A DNA stretch of 64,000 bases from NCBI RefSeq assembly GCF_037042905.1, contig NC_087250.1, positions 12,278,001-12,342,000 of the forward strand, written 5' to 3'. Made by a program: the position numbers and the translations under genes. The DNA is from Lytechinus pictus. Its lineage: Eukaryota. How positions within the stretch are numbered: position 1 is the stretch's first letter; each line of letters opens with the position of its first letter. Below the pieces are notes generated by a model. That model had not been told where the DNA came from. It did no database searches and worked only from the letters and a program-made list of their open reading frames with translations. Positions 37,701-49,700 of the stretch are shown here, in pieces.

Positions 37701-40700
37701 TCGTTTTTCAGATTGTGCAAATACAAAGTTGGGCAAATGTTGTCTTTAGGTGAATTTTATGGTGCTATGCTGTTTTACTATCCATCATATAGCCACTCCA
37801 CACACAATTTTGATTTAATCTGTTCATGGTTGAGTGAGCATAATGTATTGCAGGGGTCGCGGAAGCGGGGGGGGGGGGGGCTGGGCGGGGAGCTTCAGCC
37901 CCCTCCCTTTCACATTTTTCCAAAAGCATGTACAAAAATGTAAAATGACCATACGATTGTGATTTTTTGCATGGTCAGCCCCCCCCCCCCACTTTGAAAA
38001 CCCTTCCCCGGCCCCTGTATTGTGACGTATCAACATAGGGTTTTATGGTAGTATCCTCTACAACTTTTTAGATCATGTTAAAATTTGAAAATGTTGGTGG
38101 CTCCCCCGATTATAGGCCCCTCCCCCATTTAAAAATTCTGGACCCACCACTGATTTGTCCATAAATTAAACTGATCATGAAAAATTGTTAGGAAAAGAAT
38201 ACATTTATGCAGTATAAAGAGTATTCATTCCTAAGTTTTCGAATGTGCTCGCTCAACCATGAAACTGTTTTAAGTTCGGAAAGTGTGTGGTGATAGAAAT
38301 GATGGATGATAAAAACAATAGCAATTAAAGTCTTATTTGAAACCGAATTTGCCCCCAATATTCACTTTATTACCCTTTAAAATGAGTCTGTGACATTGAA
38401 AATACAAATTTTCCCACTTTGATGCGTGCTCACTCATCCATAAATAAACAAATCGATTTCATTTTTGCACAGAATTCTGCCCATAGGTTGATAAACATTA
38501 CTGCCAAATAACATTGCTAAAGACAGCCGTGAAAAAAAGTTCCACCATATTGAATAAGGGGTTACTTATTCTTAAACATGTGCACCCATAATGTACACAA
38601 GTCTATGAGAGACGAAGTAAAAATTTTAACAAATATGAAATGAGGGTTTGTTTCATGGACGGTTTTTGTTACTTCTGCCAATAGTTATTTCATGAAACTT
38701 CGTACATGGCTTCAGAGTAACACTATCCAAAAGGCGCGCACACCAAAATAACCATTCAATACGACACAGAGTGGGGCCAAGGCCTTGAAATTTCTTCTCA
38801 TTTGCATAATTTTCGAATATTGTGTGCTCACTGATGCATTAAACATCGGGATTTTCATAAAAATCAAATCAAATGAACTATGCAAGGAGGTTTGTGACAG
38901 ATATCCATAGTAACAAATTGCATTTTTTCCAATAACGTAAAAAAGAGCTAATCGCATTCCACATGTTCATTCAAGCGTGGATATTTAATTAAACGCCTTT
39001 GAATCATTGAAGCAAGTTAATTGGTCATGAACATAACGAAAAAGTTGAGAAAAGATCATTTTCAGTTCCTAAAATGAACCAATACTTGCCTATGATATTT
39101 GAAAATCGTATTTTTTTTTTCAATAAATGTTCATTGAACCGTAAAACGATGAATATTGTTGAAGAAACTCTTCCAAAACTAACTGTCATCATATTCTATC
39201 ATTTTTATTGATATAAATGTGTAAAAAATCCAATTATAGCAAATTTGGACTTGTGTTTATTCAACCGTGAAATTTAGCCAAAAAAGTTGTATCGTCTTTT
39301 AGAGAGTACCTTTTACAAGCCTTCTGACTATTTTTTATGATGAGAATGTGGAATTAGTTCCAATAAAATGGAATCAAAGTCATGATATTTGGCTTGTGAC
39401 TTTTGAAAAGTGAAATTTTTGCCTTCTGACGGTGCTCACTGAAGCATGAAGTGAAATACGTCCATAACGTTTACTCAGAGGGTAGCTTATAAAATTACCT
39501 ACACGCTCATGTAAAAAATATATTAAAAACTCGCATTGGTTCGGAAATTATTGATGTTTGTTTAAGGGGGGACTTACTTTTTTTGTTGTGTATATATACT
39601 GTATATCAGTACTGTCTGTACTATATTCACTCCAGTTTGCCATCCATAATAATTGATGTTGTTATCACTTTATGCGATCCTAAAATCACCAAGACTACGA
39701 CTGCCTGGTCGCTTACCCCTTCAATAATATATATCAATTACACGAAATCCGTGACTTGAATTAAAAACGTGCCTTGCCTGTTTTTATAGCCATCGCCTTT
39801 GCTCTCTCTCTGGGGGTGCCGTCATTTTGAACGCGGCTTTCGCTTTCTGCATAGCATTACCCTGCAGTCTCACCAACGAAACCGACTCCTGACCGATCAA
39901 AGATATTACGTTGTTTCCAATGGCGTGTCATCGGTCGGTGAGTAGTTCTTTTCGTTGGTGAGACTGTTGTAGAAGTCTAATTGAAAATGGCCAATATTTT
40001 ACAGCACAACGTAGACTATAAGGAATCTGGCATTTTCACCGGCGCCATAATTAGGGCATCAATTTGAATTTAATGGAAGTAATTGCACATTTGCAATTGG
40101 AGTACAAATTATCAGTTTCCTGCATGTGTATATTAAACTTCAATTTGCACTTAAATTCGACCCCCAAAAATGGAAAAATCTTGCCACGATTTTTGTATGA
40201 ATACAAAATACACGCAGATGTCATATACATGTACTCTTAACATTTTATTCAGCGTGAGCTATGGGGCATATTTTCCGAACAGAGGGAGTGGGGGGGGGGG
40301 GGTTGTGAGACTATCAAAGTGTGGTTTCAAATCTCATGATGGATGCTTTGTATTTAGGCCGTTATTACTATCATTTCGCTTTTTCTCTTTCTTTCTGAAA
40401 CACGTTGAAAACATTTTCGCTCCTCAAAAATAAACATGTACTGATGTAAGTAAATAAATAGATTGATAACTATAATCATGAATAGAAAATGAATGAAAAA
40501 AATGAATACATAAGTAGATAAATAAATAGATAAATAAATAAATAAACAAATGAATGAATAAATAAACAAATAAAATATAATAAATAAATAAAAAGGAAAA
40601 TGAAAAAAAATATGGGCAAACGCAATTTTGCAGATTGCAGTGCATTCTGAAATTCATGCATCTTGAGCAATTTTTCTTTTGAACGCAGTATACCAGGGCC

Positions 40701-43700
40701 TACATTTTTTTCCTCTGGTGAAATGACATTTTTTGAAGTGTTGCAATATACAGCTAGTTTTCTCCATGCAATAGTAATGTAAGGAGTAAAAATTGGATAA
40801 GAGCTAGACCTGTCCGTGGCTCGATCACTGATGACCAAGGCACATATGCCCTTGATCAGGTAATAAAAAGAGCTCTTGATTCCTACAATAAAATTAATTT
40901 ATTTGATAAATGAAACTGCTAACTATATATTGCCAACAATGTATGCATCCCATATTCACGCGACGGCCCAATTTTTCTAATTTTTTTCACACACCACCAC
41001 ATCTAAACATAATCAATCGAAACATTGGAGCACATTTGACAGACAAATAGTAATAAACGATATCATGAATATGCGTTTCCAGTCTGTATATAATTCAAGG
41101 AGCTGGTTTATTTACTCATTTTGACTCCTGTTTCTGAAACGCTGTCTTCTTCTTCGCCATGTTCATTGTCAAAAGTGATGAAAAAAAAATCGATTTCTCA
41201 TGCTGATATCACAACGATGCCTGTAGAACTAAACGTTTTCCATTTACAAATTTGCCCCGCTGGAGTAAGAAAAATATCGACTTCTGTCCGGGGCACGTAT
41301 GGTATTTGAACAGAAATTCCCCGTGCGGATTGGATTTGACGTCCGCACAGCGCGCCAAACGTGTTTCTTGAACTGCGATCGATAGCTAGGGAGGGATATC
41401 GATTGTCTGCCTGCAAATTTTTGAGCGATTGAGACGCGTCCTATTTCTCAAAAAGTCCCTGAGCGGGTGAACACACCGTCTTGTCGATGTTTGATGCTAC
41501 AGCAGGGGCCGCGGAACGGTTTTCAAAGTCACTGGGGGGGGGGGGGGGGGGGGCTGACCATGCAAAGAATCACAATCATATGGTAATTTTTACGTTTTTG
41601 TACACGAGTTAGAGTAGGTTTCATTGGTGATTGATTTGAATTGATTTATTTTATTTAAACACGGTAGAATTGCCGTCGATCAGCCAATAATGGCTGTTTT
41701 TCAGAGAGGTTGTGCATTATACAAACAATACAAAAAATGATAATTCATAAGAAAGTAAACTAAGTAAAACAAAGACCTATGTACAAAAACCAAGGGTGGT
41801 GATTAAAACAAAACAAAAACAAAATCAAAGTAAAAACAAAAGCATTATAATAACAACATAACAAAATTTATTAAAAAGGGATTATCAAGATTTCAGGGGT
41901 TGGCAGGGAGATTTTGCAACCACTACTTATGGGTCAAAACCCCTTTCATAACAAGGCAGTTTTCATCGGAAATCTGTAAATCGAGAACGTAGTTTCGTCC
42001 TGGACTCTGAAAAGGCGATATATTTGCAATTTCTCGTCATTTCTGAAACTTAATTAGGACGAACTGCTGTTATAGACACCAGACTGGTCTTAAATTAATA
42101 ACCAGCCAGTGAAAATCACTGACCTTTTATCAATAATGAAATACAATAATCAAACTCACATCAGCTTTTGGGGAGGGAACCTTTTATGAAGAAGATAAAA
42201 TAGAAAGAGAATTGACAAAATTGAAAACTGTTTAGTCATATTTCTAAATTCAAATTACCCCGAAAGAGAACCGAAGTATAATAATACTGGATTTTGTTTG
42301 GGGGGGGGGGGGAGGGGGGAGAACGATCGTAATATCCGCCTATTGGTTGAATTCCTTTCACAGTTTATGTTTAATTAATTTACGTGGTAAAATGATGATT
42401 TGCTCATCTTTCTTTTTAACTTTTTATCATTGTTTTACAGCTTGAGTTGTCGCTTCAAGAACTTGACAAGAAGGAGAAAGAAAAACACACGCAAAATAAT
42501 CAGGTATGTTATAGATTTAATCCGGTTTTAGTATTCCATAAAGATATCATGATAAATGAATGACGTATGAATCCACTGCATTTTCAGTGAATTTGAATAA
42601 AAAATATTCCAATTCAAGTGATTGATTTTTAGTCAATTGAATTGAATGAAAATGTTGCAAATTGTAACTTCACCTAAGAATTTTGCCACTATAGCCTAAA
42701 TCAGAAAATTGGATTTGATTGGCTCATTCGGCTGTTCAATCTTGTTACACGAGGTTACCATAACAACAAAGTTACGATACTTGTTAGTCCTTTATGAAAC
42801 GGCCCCTAAACTGATGGTTTTCTGTTGAATAAAAATGAGTCAAAGTGAAACAAAACTGAAATGAACTTTTCAGGAAATTAAGAAAAGATGATTGGATTCA
42901 TATGGATGACACTGAATATAAATCCGAGATAATTATTTTGTATCAATATGCGAGTTGAATTGTATTAAAATGAATTGATTGGACTGGATATTTAATCCTC
43001 TCCCCTAAAAAAATGTTTTGATTAAACTGAGCAGTGGCTGATTCGATACTGTATTGAGGTAGATTGAAATAATACGTCGATGATTAAATCTAAATACATT
43101 TATTCTTAAGAGATTGAACCAAATTTGAATGAAATGATTTCCCTCGGTCTACGTTGAATCGAACTAAATGAACTGACTTGATCGGAACTAATGTTGAACA
43201 AATCATTGTCGATTTGTTTATATATATAAATGTACTCATCAAAATGTATTGCATTAAATACATTTTTTTCGTTTATAGCTTGAACAGATGGTCATGGAGC
43301 TAAGCAGACACGAGGCTAACATCGTAGCTGAAAATGAGGGACTTGTTCAGGTTTGACTATAATTCTACACCCCCCCCCCCTCTCCCTCTCTTAACATGCT
43401 TAATACATTCTACCTCTTCCTCTCTTAGCCTTCTATTTCTCGATCTCCCCCTCCTGACTACAACTTTCTAGTTGCGGCATGTTTTTTCGTTTCAATTCAT
43501 TTATTTTCATATTTATCATTGACATTTGATTGGATTATAAATAAAGCAGCAACAATAATACATAACTATTAAATTGTAAACAATTGAGAAGTGTACAATA
43601 ACATAACAATGATACAATCAGTCGAGTTATAAGGTAAACAAAGCTTGAATTATGCCAAAGAATATATATATATGAATAGTTTAGTTGCAAAAGAGCTTAG

Positions 43701-46700
43701 GTCCACTTTGGACCATTCTGAGAAAAACCATGTTTTTTATTCTCACTTACTGCAATATTCTTATGAGAAACTAAATTGTCATGATGTAGTACCCTATCAT
43801 GTGAACATAAAATTGGGTATAAAAGAAATCTACCTGTCTTAAATTTTTTTCTATAAATTCTTTAAAAAATTATCATTGTGGATTTAAGCCCTTTTGCAAG
43901 TAAACTGAAATGGATCAAATCTATTTTGATTAAAAAAGTGATTTTTCTTTGCCACTTTTTCACGTTTTCATGTAAATTTCAAATTTTCTTTGTTTTCATC
44001 AAAGTGACTAAAAATTTAGAGGTTTTGAGACAGAAAACAATAAAATTTATGAACAATGGACCTAACCCCTTTTGACAAATGAGCTCTTCAGAAGAGTTTC
44101 TTTGCAAAAGGGGTTAGGTCCACTCCAAGAAAATCATTTTTTTTAATTCTCCTACATTGCATATTCTTATGCGAAACAAAATTTTCAAGATTCCCTACCA
44201 TGACAACATAAAATTGGGTATAAAAGAAATCTTCCTTTATTCATATTTTTTTAAATATTCTTTTCCAAAAAAAATCGGTGTGGACCTAACCCCTTTTGCA
44301 ACTAAACTGAAATGGACCTAATCCCTTTTGAAAAAAAAAGTGATTTTTCTTTGCCATTTTTGATCACTTTTAAATAGGAATTTCAACTTTTCTTTGGTAT
44401 CATCTTATAGAGCTACTAAAAATCTATACATTGAGATAAAAAAATCAAATTTGATGAAAAATAGACCTAACCCCTTTTGCAAGTGAGCTCTTCATATGTC
44501 AAAGAATATATATATATATGTCAAAAAATATATATATGTATATATATTGTTTATTTCTTCATTTTATCTTATTTTTTATTCATAAAATTTACTTATAAAA
44601 GGGGACCTTCACCCTACAAGCTCTGCTTTTTAGTTGGTCTCCTTCCCTTTCGATTTCATGGTATTATTGTATTATAAAAAATGATTATAATGTTATATTT
44701 TGTAAATATGTATATTGAACTATCATTGTAAATGTAAAAAGATTGAAAGAGAAAATAACTAAATTGAATTGAATTGAATTGAATTGAAAATAAATGCGAT
44801 GGGACCTTTTTACATACACATGTCTCATTGGAAGCACCCTATAATAAATATTTGAACAATCCTTATGAATAGCCATATTCTAAAACCATTTTTAAGCTCC
44901 CGTAAATTAACATTCTGTACGGTATCTACCTCCTTATTCCCCTGTATACTTCCCCCTTTTTATTATATTACACATCACAATGCACAACTATTTTATTGTT
45001 GTTGATTTTACGTCACTATCACATACTTTGTATCCTCCTTTTTTCATACCTTTTAGAGTGAACGTAGTGATGGATTTCCAAACGAAAACCCTTCTGTGTG
45101 TGTGCGCGCGCATGTGGGTTGTGTGTATGTGAGCGGTTGGTGTGTGTGTGCGTGTAATTTATTTTCTTTACAAACTTAAAATACTGACGAATCTATAATC
45201 CATCCACCTCATGCAATTACATTTATATTAAAACTCCTACTAATACTATTAGAACGATTTGTGTTTGCATTTATTTTCAAAATCGTTTCCGATCTTTCAG
45301 GAGAATTCACAGCTTCGATTTCGTCTCGACCAATCTCTAGCCGGTCTGAATGAAACCCAACAACTCTGCCTTCAGCTTCAGGAGGAGACCGAAAGAGAGA
45401 GGGCGTTCATCGAAAGGTATGTCGGCAGGTAATGAATGTTTTAGATAGACATCACTTTCACTGGTTGTTCTACCGATATGGGCCAACTTTTTTTATTATT
45501 ATTTCAGACGTTTCCCTTCAAATTCCACCGAAAACAGATCAAAATCGGTATATCTAAAATTGTCTATTCAAATTTTCAAACATGAACATGCTGGATTTGG
45601 TAACGATTAACTCTGAAAGAAATGAAGTAACATAATATTTGACTTCTTAGAAAATCACTTGAACTTGTTGGAATTTACACGATGATAATTATACCATGCA
45701 TACAGACTATCTAGCATTTTTTAAATGCGCCGTTTCCACCGACCACAACTCGTTATTCTTTTGATTTGTATTTGATTTGATTTACTGTTTTCTTCTGCAT
45801 CCATGGAACATTCGTATAATACATTTTCCATAACATAATAAACATAATATGTTAGCATTTTTGGCATGAATCATAAATAAAGTGTACTAAAAAAATAATT
45901 CCAGACAAAAATGATTAACTACCAAATTATTATATGATATTCACAATTTGCAGGAGAAGGATTGTCATCATAAGCAGATTTCTTGAAGAAAAATGACAAT
46001 CCCAAACTAAAACTAATTGAATTAATTAATACATTTATAAAGCAGAATGGGCATATATTTTTAAATACGAAACATAAATTCATGCAATATTTTTAGTATG
46101 AACATTTTGACAAACAAAATACGCTACAGATTCATTTTAAGTAATCTCTACCTGATCCCATCGTTATATCTATCGAATCAATAAGTATCACCATAATTCT
46201 GAAATAAAAATCACCATTTTATATCTTGTCACTTGCCTTTATCGGTAATATCCCGGGATTGACAAGATGAATGACAGAAAATAAAAAGATTTTTCAAATT
46301 AATTGACACAAATCTATATACCTTTATCATTTTCTGACTTCCATTTTGGGTTTTATTATAATTCCCGTTCACGCCAACCCCACCCTCACAATCAGTGCTA
46401 AATCATTGATATGCAGCAATGGATGCGATTTGAATTTAAACTCTAAAACTTTAAGAATTAAATTAAGAATGGGGAAAAATATTTATCGATTTAAATTTTC
46501 ATATTGAAAATGGTTATATCGGTCAAAACAACCATGTCACTTTGCAACTCACTTTTAGATTATTTAAGTGAATGTATGGTAGACTGGTAGTTATATTATA
46601 TTGCATGAGTTTTGTAGGAATGTTAATTGAATGTTTCACCTCATATCACATAGGAGGAAAATAAATGTTTATTTGAAAAAAAAATAGTCTGATGCTTGTT

Positions 46701-49700
46701 TTATTGTGTTTCGAACATTCGTATAGTCTGAAAGTAATTATATGTTTATTGAATGGTGTTAGTTCTACTGAGGAATTTGTTTGTTTTTTGTTTGATATTT
46801 AGCTGGTTAAAAGTCGAGATACATCTTTCAACGGTAACCTAGCCAATTAAATTGGCAACTTCAACGATGATAACGATAGTGGTAATAATAATGATGATGA
46901 TAGTACTACTACTACTACTACTACTAATAATAATAATAATGCTACTACTACGAATTGTAATAATGATAATAATAATAATGATAATCATGATAATAGTAAC
47001 AATATTAACAATAATTATGATAATAGTTATGACAATAATAATAATAACAATAATAGTATTGATAATGATGATAAAATGATAGTAATGATAATGTTGATAA
47101 TCTTTATGATGATGAAAATGGTAATAATAATAATGATGATGATAATAATAATAATAATAATAAGAAGAAGAAGAAGGCCAAAAAATTAAGACGAATAATT
47201 CATCAGTCGATCATACCGGTCTGGAGTTCTACCCTACTTTTTGCCTTCTTTTGGGCCTTTTCATGAAGCTGTTAGGAATGACTGGTGACCTTTTTTTATA
47301 GTAAGTGATGTATCCCTATAGGCGAGTTAGCTGCCAAGAACCTGCTCAAGTTGTGCAAAAGGTGGTTCTTAACTTGTTAAAACACCGCCCTGAATTTTTT
47401 ATTGAAAGATCTCCCCCTAACGAAGTTAATTACCCCCTTTTCAGAGAGTACGCCGAAGCAGTCCAGGAACAAGACAGAAAATCACGTGATAGACACAACC
47501 TTGAACTTCAACTCGAGAAATTAAGGTAAAGAAGTATGAACTTTAATATTATGCTTGTAGATTTTTTCGATTAACTTTGTGGTATAATGATTTGAGGTAT
47601 TTTAATGAGGTACATTTCATTAACATGTCAAGAAAATGTTCTTTACGAACCTACAGTCACATTTGAATTATTCAAGACAAAATACCACAAAAACAAAGAA
47701 AGTTAATATACCACCCCTCAACAACAACAAAACCATTTGTGAAACTGGGACCATATATTTGGCAAGTAAAGGTACGCATGTTTGATTGGTCAAGTATCAT
47801 GAATAGGAAATAAGAAAGTACAGAATTTCCCCCAGTTTATTGCAATTGCTATTAAGTCACAGGCTCAGCTGCAGAGTCCTAGCGCGCATTTCGTGAAAGG
47901 ACTTGTCACTGTCAGACGTTTTATCCGACAAGAAATGTTTTATCCGATAGTTACCATGGTAACAGTGATTCTCAGCCAATCATTCTCAAGGAAAGTTGTC
48001 AGACCTGACAACTTGTCGGATGAAAATGTCGATGAAACGCTCCCCTACTTGTCACCTGTGTCCAGTAGCATACCTAGGATTTTCCAGAGGGGGGCAAATT
48101 CGTCCGCCAAAAAATTTGACAAGCCAAAAAAAAAGGTCTTCAACCGCATGTACAGGACATTTCGCACCAGAAAAAAAAATGACAAGGAAAAAAAAAAAAG
48201 GGTCTTCAAGTTCATAGTAGGGGGCCACGTGTGACTCGTCAGGGATCAGTTATGACTCGTCAGGGGGGGCAGGGATACGTCCCTTGCATGGGTTGTGACT
48301 CGTCAGGGGGGCAGTCTGCCCTCCCCCTGCCCCCCATAGGTACGCTAGTGCCTGTGTCTGTGATATCTTATGAAAATGAAGCCCAGAAAAAAATGGTGGC
48401 GTCATTTCAAATTTCGTGAATATTCCATCCCATAATCTACCCTGTGTTCTATTTCTTTCCTCGGGCCATTGATTTATTTCAGCCACAGAAATCTTGAAAT
48501 TTTTGCGTGGATTCGATTTTTTTCTTCCTGGGCTTTTTTCCAACCATATGAATAATGCTATACAACCTGAATCAAAGATAAGTATTTTTTAGAATAACAA
48601 TTGAAATGTTCTTTATCTCTTATTTTCAGAGAGAAGTATGAACAGTTAGTTGAAGATAATTATAGCGTGAAAGAACCAAAGAGAGTCGGTGTGATGCAGA
48701 TGAGTCGGGTCAGTTCGTACAGTGACTGCGAATGCGATCAACAGATGCAGGTAATACTATGAATAATAATGATATCAACAATTGCACATTTATATTGCGC
48801 AATTTCTTATGAAATGACTCAGTCGGGGATCGAGCCCACGAGCTCGGACCTGTTCTACGACTTAGCCGCCATGCCCAGATCTTTCTAAAACACTTATACA
48901 CTCCAACAACAAATCAATTTGAATGACGAAAATGTTATCACAATCGGATGAACAATACGAAATTAACTCTTTTAAAAGAAGCTTTGCTTGATTTAACAAA
49001 AAACTTTTCTATACACAGCGTGTGTGATGCACCCTTAGATTTCTTTTAAGCCAACCAATAAGTGGGTTAATATGAACCAGCCAACTGTAGTTTAAACAAA
49101 ACTTGCATGCTAATCAATTGAAATTTGTTTAACCAACAATTTTTCGTTATACATTTTAATAAACCCTTGGGTTTGTAAAAAAATATGCAAATGAAGGAGC
49201 CAGTAAATGTCACACACTTCTTTATTTTTTCTGCATGTATCACTCCCCCCCCCCTTCGAATTGGTTGCTTTGGTAATAAAAAGCTCGTAGTTGAATTGTG
49301 TAAATTGACATTAGTTTATTCATTTCTGCTATCATGGTTATAATTTGTTTCCTCTGTAATCATGCGACAACGAGTTACGCAAACATGAAAGACAGTGTTT
49401 CGGGTTAGTTCGTAAATATGTTTAAAAAAGACTCGTGTAGTAGCAGTGTGTGTACATTAATTCCATCTCTGGTGATTATGAATTCCAATTATGCCAGTAT
49501 TCATACCTACCTGGATACTTGTGGATGCTCCTGAACGCAGGCTTAATCCTCTGTACTAGGCTCCAAGTTCTGTCTCCTCTTTAGGATGGCCGGATCATGT
49601 CCTGGTGGGTCAGCGTCGACTTTGAATTTCACTGGTTCACATCTCCGATACTTATCCAGTCCATTCTCGAAGCTGTGGACACTGGATGCATTAACAAAGT

